Below, one piece after another: positions 1 to 9,538 of a DNA stretch of 64,000 nucleotides (position 1 is its first letter; each line of letters starts with the position of its first letter). The translations under genes were made by a program, and so were the position numbers. A model generated the notes under the pieces. That model did no database searches and was not told the origin of the DNA. It worked only from the letters and a program-made list of their open reading frames with translations. The DNA is from a virus, in IMG/VR virus record IMGVR_UViG_3300021142_000004. One strand, given 5' to 3'.

Positions 1-987
1 ATCATCTTCAACAACCCCCTCATTGTTTTTCTTATGTGGTTTGATAAATGGATTAATACTTGTAACCATATTAACAATCTGTGAATGACAACGATATGTT
101 ATTGACAATGGTAATTGTATTGTGTTTGGAATATCACATAATTTTTTAAATGATTCATGGTCAGCACCAGAAAATCCATAAATTGACTGTTTTTCGTCGC
201 CAACGGAAATAAATCTTCCTCCATTTGGGTTAATTGCACGTAACATTAATTCTCTTTGTACTGTATTTAAATCTTGTACTTCATCAACAAAAACAAAATC
301 AAATGTTTCATTTGGTAAATTAAATATAATTGGAAAATAAACCATATCAGTAAAATCAATTATATTTCTAATATATAAACCTAATTTAATTAAATACCAT
401 GCAACTTCACATTCACCATCTTCATTATCAATTAAATGGTGTTCTGAAATTTCTTTTAATTTATCAAGACCTTTTGTTTTACTAATAACATCAACCAAAT
501 TTAATCTCCCTAAATTACATAATGAAATTACATTTTCTGTAAACTTTTTAATATCAAGTTCATCATTTTTAACTGATGAACTCATACGTCTTATATAAGA
601 AAAACAATCTTCATCAAACTTATAATCATTTATTGGATCTTTACTGTTCTTCTGATAATACTTAACAATATTATTAAATAATTTTTTATACTTGTTATTA
701 TCAATAGTAAACTCCATTCCACCTGATAAAATAGAATGACCAAACCCATGAACGGTTTTAACAACAATATTACCAGTCTTTGGTACACGTTCCGCCAATT
801 CATTGGCAATACTTTTATTGAATGCCATAAATAAGACACGTTTATCCAACGGAATTAATTTAAGTGCTTCAATTAATGTGGTTGTTTTACCACTACCAGC
901 AACTGCTGAAATGATTGCATTTTTATTATCATTCTTAATAAAATTAAAAATGTCTTTCTGATTCTTACTCGGTGTAAACTTAGCCAT
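1..987 (-). CDS. UvrD/Rep-family SF1 helicase (3' end outside window)
   Basis: Manual translation from ATG 987: MAKFTPSKNQ...AVAGSGKTT (Walker A), VFVDEVQD (Walker B), VGDEKQSIYGFSGAD, YRC. Not in the ORF track because it runs off the edge. Confidence 0.9.
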   Translation of the reverse strand, partial: MAKFTPSKNQKDIFNFIKNDNKNAIISAVAGSGKTTTLIEALKLIPLDKRVLFMAFNKSIANELAERVPKTGNIVVKTVHGFGHSILSGGMEFTIDNNKYKKLFNNIVKYYQKNSKDPINDYKFDEDCFSYIRRMSSSVKNDELDIKKFTENVISLCNLGRLNLVDVISKTKGLDKLKEISEHHLIDNEDGECEVAWYLIKLGLYIRNIIDFTDMVYFPIIFNLPNETFDFVFVDEVQDLNTVQRELMLRAINPNGGRFISVGDEKQSIYGFSGADHESFKKLCDIPNTIQLPLSITYRCHSQIVNMVTSINPFIKPHKKNNEGVVEDD

Positions 988-1774
988 TTTCTCCTAATCT
1001 TTTTAATATAATATTATAGAACTCTAGTTCTTTCTCAACCATAACGTAATTTCTATTCAGGTTCTTTGCCGCCAATCCGGTAGTTCCTGATCCTGCAACA
1101 TTATCCAATATCAAATCACCTTCATCAGTATATGTTTTTATCAAATACTCCATCAATGCGACAGGTTTTTGTGTTGGGTGGATAGTACCATCCAATTTTG
1201 TTTTTTGCTTGTCAGATGGGAAGATTTGGATACTTCTTGGGTATCTATCAGTTTCTCCACCACCACTCACATCTTTATCTGTCTTTCCATAAAGAGTAGT
1301 TTTATTTTGAACTTCTACCTTCTTTGTATATGAATTAACTGGTTTATGTCCAGTTGTTTTTTGTGGATTGTACTTTGGTAATTTCTTGTAAAATACTAGT
1401 ATCGACTCATGTGCAACCATTGGCATTCTTTTGGCATTAAGAAATCCAGTTGCCTGTGTTTTTTCCCAAATCCATTCATATCTTAATAATTTAAGATTTG
1501 AACAACCCAAAATTTTATCAAATGGGTTTTTAGCGAAAAGTAATATTACTCCATTATCTTTGATAACCCTTTCATATTCAATCCACAATTTCTCTAAATC
1601 TAATGGAATGTCCCATGATGCATTATTTAAACAACCATAAGGTAAATCTGCAATAATTGCATCAATACTTTTATCCTTAATAAAAGGAAAAACATCAAAA
1701 CAATTTCCATAAATACATGAATTAATTGGAACTTCTTCTAATTTTTTAATTTCATCCACATTAAACTTACCCAT
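980..1774 (-). CDS. DNA methyltransferase, N4C/N6A beta-class
   Basis: DLPY, HPTQKP and GSGTT motifs. True start is probably MGKF at 1774, right after the stop of the upstream remnant (track start 1810). Confidence 0.88.
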   Translation of the reverse strand: MGKFNVDEIKKLEEVPINSCIYGNCFDVFPFIKDKSIDAIIADLPYGCLNNASWDIPLDLEKLWIEYERVIKDNGVILLFAKNPFDKILGCSNLKLLRYEWIWEKTQATGFLNAKRMPMVAHESILVFYKKLPKYNPQKTTGHKPVNSYTKKVEVQNKTTLYGKTDKDVSGGGETDRYPRSIQIFPSDKQKTKLDGTIHPTQKPVALMEYLIKTYTDEGDLILDNVAGSGTTGLAAKNLNRNYVMVEKELEFYNIILKRLGENG

Positions 1775-1775
1775 A

Positions 1776-1880
1776 TTAAAATTTATATTTTTCAACTGTT
1801 TTATTTTCATTTATTACTATAAATTCACATTTAAGAAATCTAATAATTTCATTTCTTCTATCAATATCTTTTTTTTTTAA
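1776..1880 (-). pseudogene. C-terminal remnant of a DUF559/Vsr-like homing endonuclease
   Basis: Start-less frame KDIDRRNEIIRFLKCEFIVINENKTVEKYKF*, resembling the typical C-terminus of these endonucleases. Confidence 0.55.
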
Positions 1881-1932
1881 TTATTAATATTGAATTACAA
1901 ATATTCAATAGAAATTTTTCAATTTCCCAAAT

Positions 1933-2085
1933 TTATTTATGTAAATAATCTCTAAACCATTTTGAAAGATGTTTCTTTTTAAACTCAGTTAATTTATTAA
2001 CCATTTTCCACCATTTTAATTTAATTGATAAATTAATTAGAAATGTCATTAAATTAGTTAAATTAGAAAAAAACCTATACCTCAT
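1933..2085 (-). CDS. small hypothetical protein (50 aa)
   Basis: Manual ORF MRYRFFSNLT...RDYLHK that fills the gap after uvsE. Confidence 0.4.
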   Translation of the reverse strand: MRYRFFSNLTNLMTFLINLSIKLKWWKMVNKLTEFKKKHLSKWFRDYLHK

Positions 2086-3009
2086 TTATCCGTGATTGAA
2101 ATCTTTTATATATTTTAATACTGCAATGTCTTTAGATTTTGCTTCTATTTCAATATCGAATGTTTCTCCAAATGTTTGGATTTCTTCATATATGAAATCA
2201 GCATGTGCAGTTTTTACTACTTTGGTATCCTCATGATGTTTTGATGATGACATATGTGTTAATGGTTTAACTTTCCATGTTTTTAAAGCCAATTTGAGAG
2301 CTTCTTCAAGTGATTGATCTTGGAAACCAAAGTTAAAATGATGTTGGTCAAAAACAATAGGTATATTCGTATGTTTATAAACAAGATTATGTAACATCTT
2401 AACTGAGTATTGATTCGGTGAATCATCATTCTCTATGGTAAGTCTTGATTTACAAGAATCTGATAATAATTTAAAATTTTCCACAAATCTACTAGCAGCA
2501 ATTTCTCTTGTAGGTTTAGTGGTGTTGATGTGTATATTAATTGGATAATAGTGTGATTGGTCTAATCCCATTAAGTCCATCAATTCAGCATGTTGATTGA
2601 GTTCGTAGATAGTTTTTCTAACTACATTTTCGTTTTCACTTGCAAGTACGTTAAACGGACCTGGATGATAACTGGTTCTAATATCATTATTTTTAATTTT
2701 ATTACCAATTAATGTTAGATAAGATTTAATAACATTAAATTTTGGTAAGTCTTGAAATTTATATTCTGACATCCAAGGAAATGAATCAGATGATAAACGA
2801 TAAACGAATATCTTCTTTTTAATGTTATAATCAAGTAATTTTAATGTGTCTTTTAAGTTCTCAATAACTATCTCTGAAACATATTCAAGACCCTTTTCTT
2901 GGAAAGTTTTTTTAACCATACCTCGGTTAACTGTAATGTGATCTTTTTTCTTTAGATTTTCATTACATCCGATAGAAATACAACAATAACCAATTCTATT
3001 TTTATTCAT
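2086..3009 (-). CDS. uvsE: UV-damage endonuclease
   Basis: RIGYCCI, YRLSS, HPGPF, IENDD, FDQHH, HAD and EIEAKSK motifs. Confidence 0.92.
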   Translation of the reverse strand: MNKNRIGYCCISIGCNENLKKKDHITVNRGMVKKTFQEKGLEYVSEIVIENLKDTLKLLDYNIKKKIFVYRLSSDSFPWMSEYKFQDLPKFNVIKSYLTLIGNKIKNNDIRTSYHPGPFNVLASENENVVRKTIYELNQHAELMDLMGLDQSHYYPINIHINTTKPTREIAASRFVENFKLLSDSCKSRLTIENDDSPNQYSVKMLHNLVYKHTNIPIVFDQHHFNFGFQDQSLEEALKLALKTWKVKPLTHMSSSKHHEDTKVVKTAHADFIYEEIQTFGETFDIEIEAKSKDIAVLKYIKDFNHG

Positions 3010-3026
3010 AATATAAATGTATTGTG

Positions 3027-3058
3027 CAAAAATAAAATGGATTTCTCAATCCACCAAA
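3027..3058 (-). promoter_or_regulatory. Bacteroidota-type sigma70 promoter with palindromic spacer
   Basis: TTTG-N20-TATTTTTG. The spacer contains TGGATT-GAGA-AATCCA. Confidence 0.75.
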
Positions 3059-3062
3059 TTTA

Positions 3063-3485
3063 TTATGTTCTATAAATTAATTCATTATTTTTGTCAAAGA
3101 TTGATATACAAGTTCCCTGACCAAATGTCCAAGCAAATGTAAAATCATTATACTTCATCAACAAACTTGAAAAGTTCCTTGTTAAATCATCAACTGGCAT
3201 AACCTCATCCCCACCACGTTGTACAATATCTAATACACCATACATCAAATTCCAAGGATGTGGTTGATAACCATTATTATAACAAACATCTTCCCATCTT
3301 TGGTCATGTTTATCAATTAATTTTAATAAGAAAATTTCAAATGATTTTTCATCATTAAAGAATAAACGAGCACGTTTAATATCCCTTTCTTTTTTATCCT
3401 GAATATCTTTATAACGTTTTTTCATTCGTTCTATCACTTCTGGATCTTCCAATTTCTTTTTTAAATCATCTAACATCTTTCCCAT
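3063..3485 (-). CDS. hypothetical protein
   Basis: 140 aa ORF co-oriented with neighbours. Confidence 0.6.
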   Translation of the reverse strand: MGKMLDDLKKKLEDPEVIERMKKRYKDIQDKKERDIKRARLFFNDEKSFEIFLLKLIDKHDQRWEDVCYNNGYQPHPWNLMYGVLDIVQRGGDEVMPVDDLTRNFSSLLMKYNDFTFAWTFGQGTCISIFDKNNELIYRT

Positions 3486-3493
3486 AATATAAT

Positions 3494-3991
3494 TTAATGA
3501 AATATTAAAATACCCTCATTAGATACCATCCTAAAACCTTCAGTAAAATCATCATATACACTACAATAATAATCAACAGATCCACCACCTACTGATTTGA
3601 GGTACTGAACAAATTTTTCCCTATTCTCCACAAAATCATTATGTAGTTTCTTACATACTGCAGGACCCATACATCCTTCACAATCAGAAAAATTAATAAT
3701 TTCGTACATTGGTTTACCCTTGTATTCTTCACTTTTTTCCCAAACGGTTTCATCAGGTACACCTAAAATACTTTTAGATAAAGTATTTCTAAACAAATTA
3801 TATCCTGAATATGATCCAGCACGGAAATGATGACGTACACCTATACCATCATAATAACCTTCTTCAATATCTAATGAACGATCATATTCATCATTGGATA
3901 TTGTAACATGTGCAGAATAATCACCATTCTCAATTTTTTCAAGGTCGGTAATTTTTTGAATTTTTGTGTAAACTGAAATATCTAATCCCAT
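3494..3991 (-). CDS. conserved phage hypothetical protein (MGLD... family)
   Basis: MGLDI start and SDCEG motif, with its own promoter. Confidence 0.6.
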   Translation of the reverse strand: MGLDISVYTKIQKITDLEKIENGDYSAHVTISNDEYDRSLDIEEGYYDGIGVRHHFRAGSYSGYNLFRNTLSKSILGVPDETVWEKSEEYKGKPMYEIINFSDCEGCMGPAVCKKLHNDFVENREKFVQYLKSVGGGSVDYYCSVYDDFTEGFRMVSNEGILIFH

Positions 3992-4017
3992 AATTTATAA
4001 TTTATTTTTTTCTATTG

Positions 4018-4049
4018 CAAAAATAAGGTGGAATTTTCATTCCACCAAA
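4018..4049 (-). promoter_or_regulatory. Bacteroidota-type promoter with hairpin spacer
   Basis: TTTG-N20-TATTTTTG with GGTGGAAT-GAAA-ATTCCACC. Confidence 0.78.
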
Positions 4050-4909
4050 TTTAGTTTCATTAAAATTGTCTTTTTTACTATTTCATAATTTTTATGTATA
4101 TCATATTCCCAAAATCTAACAAATTCAATTGAATTTTCAATTAACATTAGATTTTTACGTCTATCTCGGTCATTATTTTTTAGTTGTATATCATTTAACA
4201 TATTTTTTTTATAAAATAAAGGATTCCCATGCCAATAATCACCATCACACTCAATAACAAAATTATAATCAAGTAAAAAAAAATCACATAAAAACCCATT
4301 TAATGGATAGTTTTTTTTATATTTAATTTTTAATTCATCTAATAAATTTTTTATTTTTAATTCAATTTTTGTTGGTTTTTTTGTTTGGATCATCGCGTCA
4401 TTCAATCTTTTTATTATTGTTTTTTTCTCATCTTCAGTTTTTATTTCCCATTCATTTTTCTTTGATATACTATTTTTAATTCCATAATTTTTTATTCTTT
4501 CATCCGTCAATTTCGTTAATCCATTGTTCCAAGATTTTTTACCATACATTGGGTTATTTTGACCTTGATGTGATGGTAAAATACCTGTTAAAAATAATTG
4601 TTTTCTAGTTTTTGATATTTTTTCACCGGCAATTTTTATTCTTTCTGAATTATTTTTAGTTAAACCATTATTTGGTGATTTTTTACCATACATTGGGTTA
4701 TTTTCTCCACTTAATAAACGTTGTTTTATTTTTTTTGTTTGTTCGTTAGTATGTTTTAATTTTAATCGTTTTATTTTTATCCAAATACTTTCACATGTTC
4801 TTTCATGTTTTTGCATAAATAAAGGACATATCTCTATTTTAGATAGTCCTTTATTTACATATAAATCAATTAAAAATTTTATTTCTTCTTCTGACCATAA
4901 ATTTCCCAT
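4037..4909 (-). mobile_element. free-standing homing endonuclease (NUMOD3-like repeats + DUF559/Vsr-like nuclease)
   Basis: Repeated NNPMYGKK.(P/W)N.GLTK, plus DF...FVIECDGDYWH and RFWE. TATTTAT lies upstream at 4924-4930. Confidence 0.85.
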
Positions 4910-4958
4910 ACATTCCTTTCATAATAAATATATCAAAACATTCAGAAAGGAACATTCA

Positions 4959-5723
4959 TTATGATTTATTTGTTGGTTCTAACCATAAATTCGTATTTTT
5001 AAAAATATAATCCCTTAATGTTGGTATTTCATTTAAACATAATATTGTTTTTAAACTATCACACCTAAAACATTTATATAATTCTTCTCGAATTCTTTCT
5101 TCAGAAATAACAAACATTTTTTCTTGGTAATTATAAACTTTCATCACATTAAAACATTCAGTATCAATTTTAAATCCTTTTGTGATTGAAAACCTTAAAA
5201 ATCTAATAATTCTAAGACAATCATCATCAAATGTTTTTACAGGATCTAATGGTGTTTTTAAAATACCATTTTTTAAATCTTTTATACCATCAAAATAATC
5301 AATTATGTTACCATTTTCATCTTTTGCTAATGCATTTAAAGTTGCATCTCGTCTTTCAAGGTCATCATATAATGTACCAGGTTCAACGATTGGTGTTCTT
5401 GTACCAGGTATATAACCAATCTCTTTTCTAGCCATAACCACGTCTGCAACACCTTCATATTTGTGGTCTTTTGGAAACTTTGCCCTGATAGTATAACAAT
5501 CATGAGTTATCAAAAAAATTTCAAACTTTTCATTTGTTAAATGTTCTATCAAAACATCAAACATTTCTTTTGCAGTTTTAAACTTGGATAACAAATCTTC
5601 ATTTGGAACTGCAACATAATCAACATCCTTAGATTTTAATCCAAGAAGTTCATCCCTCACTTTTCCACCAACCTCATACATTTTAAATAACATATTTTTA
5701 TTTTTAATCTTTAAATTCATCAA
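4959..5723 (-). CDS. tRNA nucleotidyltransferase / poly(A) polymerase family (CCA-adding-like)
   Basis: VGGKVRD, KDVDY, DLERRD.T.NA and FDDD.LRIIR motifs. Confidence 0.9.
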   Translation of the reverse strand: MMNLKIKNKNMLFKMYEVGGKVRDELLGLKSKDVDYVAVPNEDLLSKFKTAKEMFDVLIEHLTNEKFEIFLITHDCYTIRAKFPKDHKYEGVADVVMARKEIGYIPGTRTPIVEPGTLYDDLERRDATLNALAKDENGNIIDYFDGIKDLKNGILKTPLDPVKTFDDDCLRIIRFLRFSITKGFKIDTECFNVMKVYNYQEKMFVISEERIREELYKCFRCDSLKTILCLNEIPTLRDYIFKNTNLWLEPTNKS

Positions 5724-6087
5724 TCAAATCAAAAAAGAATTTAGGTATTGATAATTTAATGTTTTCTTCTTTTTCAATTTCAACTAATCTGTTTATTTGA
5801 GTCTCAGATAACCAATTTAATTCTTTTTGTGAACATATACTACTAAGATAAGTTTTATTATGTTCATTGGACAATTCCTTACTAAACTTATAACAAGAAC
5901 CAAAAATGGCATGTAATCGTTCTATATTTGAATTTTTAACCTGTGTATCAAGATATAGATATATCTTACAGACATTCGGGTTCTTTAAATTGTTTTCCCG
6001 ATTATTCAATTCAACTTTACAAACTATTGGATAACTCAAATAATCAAAAATCTTTTTTCTGTCAATAATTTTTGTTATCCGTATCAT
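5704..6087 (-). CDS. hypothetical protein
   Basis: 127 aa ORF downstream of a promoter. Confidence 0.5.
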   Translation of the reverse strand: MIRITKIIDRKKIFDYLSYPIVCKVELNNRENNLKNPNVCKIYLYLDTQVKNSNIERLHAIFGSCYKFSKELSNEHNKTYLSSICSQKELNWLSETQINRLVEIEKEENIKLSIPKFFFDLIDEFKD

Positions 6088-6104
6088 ACTTGTTATTTAT
6101 GGAG

Positions 6105-6136
6105 CAAAAATAAGGGGAATTTTTCAATTCCCCAAA
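6105..6136 (-). promoter_or_regulatory. Bacteroidota-type promoter with hairpin spacer
   Basis: TTTG-N20-TATTTTTG with GGGGAATT-GAAA-AATTCCCC. Confidence 0.78.
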
Positions 6137-6147
6137 TTTATTTTTAA

Positions 6148-7026
6148 TTAAAGATATTGAGATAATCTTTCTCTTATCTCAGATAATGAAGTTTCTTTAA
6201 CCAAAACACCATCATCAAAAATTGTCTCTAATTCACCAGTACGTTCTTTCTCCCAAGAAACATTATCTTCAAGGTAATATTCACCATTTTCATTTTTACC
6301 GACATACAAAAGACCCTTTGCAGATTTCTTTGTACCATCATCAGTAATTGGGTCTTTGAATATTACCCTTCCGATTACTTGTGGAGTATCCATTGTTCCA
6401 ACTTCACCAATTGATTTACCAATGTTACTTGTTAATTCAACATAAGTTGCCTTAACTGCTCCACCTTGGTTATCTCTGGTTGCGTAACCCATTGAATATG
6501 AACCAACACCCAATACAATGTTTGTTGATGCAAATCCTTTTGCTTCCAATCTTTTACAGATTTCATTTGCACGTTCCAATGTAATTGAATCTCCATAGAT
6601 TGCTCCAATATGTGGATCTAATACCTTGTAGCCTTGTTCATTTACAGTACCACCAAATACATCCCAAAGTAATTCGATTACCCCTTTAGTATCAGGTTTA
6701 TTCGGATAATCAGAGGTTTTAAATCCACTATTTGAATTAAAACCCCCATCACAAGGAATTAAAATACCATCTTTTTCCTTATTGTAAGTTCCACAAATAA
6801 TATCCACCGGATTACCACTATCAGGTCTGATTACCAATTTACCATCTCTTGAAAGAATTAAGTCTTTAAATTCCGGAAGAAATACTGTTATCATTTTCCA
6901 TAAATCAAATTGATCTGACACTAAACTAACAATACCAGTTGGGTAAGTTTTGAGAATATGACTTATATATGGTCTCTCATTAATAACTTTTTTAACTACT
7001 TTTCTTTTTTCAATTACTTTTTTCAT
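6148..7026 (-). CDS. nadV: nicotinamide phosphoribosyltransferase, C-terminal half
   Basis: YPTGIVSLVSD, IRPDSG, IYGDSI, TRD and KDPITDDGTKKSAKG motifs. Confidence 0.9.
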   Translation of the reverse strand: MKKVIEKRKVVKKVINERPYISHILKTYPTGIVSLVSDQFDLWKMITVFLPEFKDLILSRDGKLVIRPDSGNPVDIICGTYNKEKDGILIPCDGGFNSNSGFKTSDYPNKPDTKGVIELLWDVFGGTVNEQGYKVLDPHIGAIYGDSITLERANEICKRLEAKGFASTNIVLGVGSYSMGYATRDNQGGAVKATYVELTSNIGKSIGEVGTMDTPQVIGRVIFKDPITDDGTKKSAKGLLYVGKNENGEYYLEDNVSWEKERTGELETIFDDGVLVKETSLSEIRERLSQYL

Positions 7027-7125
7027 TTTTTATTTTTTATTTTTTAGTAAACCTAAGTTCCAACCATCAAATAGATATTTATCTAATTCTTCTTTTTTAA
7101 TTCTTTTATTTACACCATCTTTATT
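7027..7125 (-). pseudogene. C-terminal remnant of a homing endonuclease between the NAMPT halves
   Basis: Alternative frame NKDGVNKRIKKEELDKYLFDGWNLGLLKNKK* resembles the 'K.I...EL..YL..GW..G' tail of phage HNH/GIY-YIG endonucleases. Confidence 0.65.
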
Positions 7126-7940
7126 AAAATTTCTGAGATTTTATTATTGTTGTCGTCATATGTAACTAAATATTCTTCTTCTATTTCCACTTCATTATAG
7201 TCTAAATGTGAACATGAAATAGAATGTTCTGTCGCCGGAACACTAAACCCAACGTTTTCAGAATTGTAATAATATTGCGATGCTTGTAATGCAGGGATTG
7301 TATCAGTACCAGAGAAACTGGTCAAGAAACCTAAACCTGAAGATATTGCACTTTCAGGATGTTGCATCCCTCTGAAACTAAAATCATGACCTTGGAAATT
7401 AACAAAACCAAGATTATTTTTATCGGTTTTCTTTGCCCAATCGGTTAATATTTTTTTATAACCAAATGCCAATGATGCGGAATGTACTGGTTTCCATATC
7501 AAACTTGAGATCAATGTTTCAAGGAAGTTTGGTAACCAGAAGAACTCAGGGTGTGTGTTATATATTGTCAATACTGGTATTTTTTCACCAACAATAGTAC
7601 CTTCTTTCAAAGTCTTAACACGAATAGGTAAATAACCCAAATCATGAAGTTTTTCAAAGTGTGTAACATCATAGCCACAACCCAAATAACTTGAAAGGTA
7701 TTTCTTAGCTTCACCGATAACCTGTTCTTTTGGTTTATCGAAGAAATTCTTTTTATAGATTTCGTCAATATACTTCATTGTATACTGAGCACCAAACACA
7801 ACTATTTGTTTTGCGTTTTCTGGCATGTATTTTACATTTCTTAATGTGAAATTAGAATAAACACAAGTCGTGTTCTCCGGGTACATTTTGTGATGAGAGG
7901 TTTTATAACCATCTGTTAATAACAAGGGATTTTTTTCCAT
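7110..7940 (-). CDS. nadV: nicotinamide phosphoribosyltransferase, N-terminal half
   Basis: LLTDGYKTSH, FLET, HDFSFRG, GTDT and SVPATEHS motifs. Likely start MEKNP at 7940. Confidence 0.9.
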   Translation of the reverse strand: MEKNPLLLTDGYKTSHHKMYPENTTCVYSNFTLRNVKYMPENAKQIVVFGAQYTMKYIDEIYKKNFFDKPKEQVIGEAKKYLSSYLGCGYDVTHFEKLHDLGYLPIRVKTLKEGTIVGEKIPVLTIYNTHPEFFWLPNFLETLISSLIWKPVHSASLAFGYKKILTDWAKKTDKNNLGFVNFQGHDFSFRGMQHPESAISSGLGFLTSFSGTDTIPALQASQYYYNSENVGFSVPATEHSISCSHLDYNEVEIEEEYLVTYDDNNNKISEILIKMV

Positions 7941-7967
7941 TTTTTTACTTTTATTTTTATTGTTATG

Positions 7968-7999
7968 CAAACATAAGGGATAATTTTTTATCCACCAAC
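7968..7999 (-). promoter_or_regulatory. Bacteroidota-type promoter with hairpin spacer
   Basis: GTTG-N20-TATGTTTG with GGATAA-AAAA-TTATCC. Confidence 0.7.
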
Positions 8000-8443
8000 T
8001 TTTTTAGGAAAAACTTCATCAAATCTTTCATTAAAAGTTTTAGTGAAATCTTTTTTATTATTATTAAACCATATCTTAAATTTAAGATACCAATATAAGG
8101 TATATGGGTCAAAATAAGTTAATGATCCATTATGAATGTACTCCAAATCACCACCACTTAATTTAATTGATATACTATCATTCTCTTTAATAAAAATTAA
8201 AATATTACTATCATCATCATCATTAGATAATAATGAAGTATTTTTCTCTTTATGAGTAAAGGTATAAATATCATTTAAACCCTCAAGATTGGTTCTATAT
8301 TCAAAGATAAAATCTTTGTTAACCAACTTTTCATAAGTTGATTTATAGTATTTATAACGACCATAATTGGTTAATATTGTTGCTAAACAATACCCAAATA
8401 ATAAAAGAAAAAAGACTGCTGAAAAAATAGATAAAAATTCCAT
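7988..8443 (-). CDS. hypothetical membrane-anchored protein
   Basis: N-terminal hydrophobic helix. Confidence 0.6.
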   Translation of the reverse strand: MEFLSIFSAVFFLLLFGYCLATILTNYGRYKYYKSTYEKLVNKDFIFEYRTNLEGLNDIYTFTHKEKNTSLLSNDDDDSNILIFIKENDSISIKLSGGDLEYIHNGSLTYFDPYTLYWYLKFKIWFNNNKKDFTKTFNERFDEVFPKKVGG

Positions 8444-8453
8444 AATTTAAATT

Positions 8454-9485
8454 TTAATATGACATGAATGAAAAATGTTTTTGTTTTGCTGGTTCAACAC
8501 TATATTGAACATGTTTCACGTTATTGTCCTTATCTGTTTCTTCAATGATAAATGTATCATTAGATAAAACAGACAAAATTTCACCAAGATATACGTCATT
8601 TACATAGAATTCATCACCAATTGAATCCATTGTTATTTTTCTTGGTGAGATTGTTGCATCACCTCTATATAACTCAGTAAGATTATTTGGTTGTTTGGTG
8701 ATAAACACATTAAATTTATCATCCAACATTTTAATATTGAAGACATCTTTAAAGTTCAATGGATCTTCATTGTGAATATTAACTTCATCAATTACTGCAT
8801 TAACAATATCAACAGAAATAGTTTCCAATGTTGAAATGAAATCAACTGTACATTCTTTAAGGTCTTTGTGTACCAATCTATCTTCAACAATTTCTGTAAT
8901 AACAGATAATGTTAAATCTTTATATGTCTTTAAATATCTAATACGACCTGGACGTTGTAAAAGATTTTGATTGATGTATAAGTTATTTGTTGTAAATATA
9001 AACACCTTACGATAACCATTATCCAAAGCACCATCCATAATGGTTAAGATTTCTTCATCTTTATTTTCTCTTTGATTAAAAACTTTTTCAAATTCATCAA
9101 CAAATATAATAACATTTTGTTGAATATCATTAATAAAATTTGGTATATTATTATATCCCTTATGAATAATAATAACTGGTAATTCTAATAAATTACAAAT
9201 TTGTTTTGCGGTAACTGTTTTACCAGTACCTTTAACCCCATTCATAAGGATACCCAAGTTTGAACTGGTACTATCGTATGTTTTCTTAACACGATTAATA
9301 AAATTAGATTCAATACCATATACCTTAGATGGAAGTTTAAATGAATCGTCAATAAGTGTAACATATAATTCACCAGTTTTCTCATTTAGATTTAATTTAT
9401 AAACCCCCCTTTCTAATTTTTCCACGTTCTGTGAAACTTCTCTAATGTAGAAATCATTAGAGGTCTTAACCCATTGATTGTTCAT
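8454..9485 (-). CDS. AAA-family ATPase
   Basis: GVKGTGKT, IFVDEFEK, FTTN and RPGRI motifs. Confidence 0.9.
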   Translation of the reverse strand: MNNQWVKTSNDFYIREVSQNVEKLERGVYKLNLNEKTGELYVTLIDDSFKLPSKVYGIESNFINRVKKTYDSTSSNLGILMNGVKGTGKTVTAKQICNLLELPVIIIHKGYNNIPNFINDIQQNVIIFVDEFEKVFNQRENKDEEILTIMDGALDNGYRKVFIFTTNNLYINQNLLQRPGRIRYLKTYKDLTLSVITEIVEDRLVHKDLKECTVDFISTLETISVDIVNAVIDEVNIHNEDPLNFKDVFNIKMLDDKFNVFITKQPNNLTELYRGDATISPRKITMDSIGDEFYVNDVYLGEILSVLSNDTFIIEETDKDNNVKHVQYSVEPAKQKHFSFMSY

Positions 9486-9506
9486 TTATTTTTTTTTAAT
9501 GTTATG

Positions 9507-9538
9507 CAAATATAAGTGATAAATTTTAATTACCCAAA
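9507..9538 (-). promoter_or_regulatory. Bacteroidota-type promoter
   Basis: TTTG-N20-TATATTTG with an imperfect palindromic spacer. Confidence 0.7.

Noticed and set aside
6990-7210. Split intein or group I intron in NAMPT
   Set aside because: There is no His-Asn/nucleophile junction or Hint blocks. The 83-nt gap is too short for an intron core and reads as an endonuclease tail.
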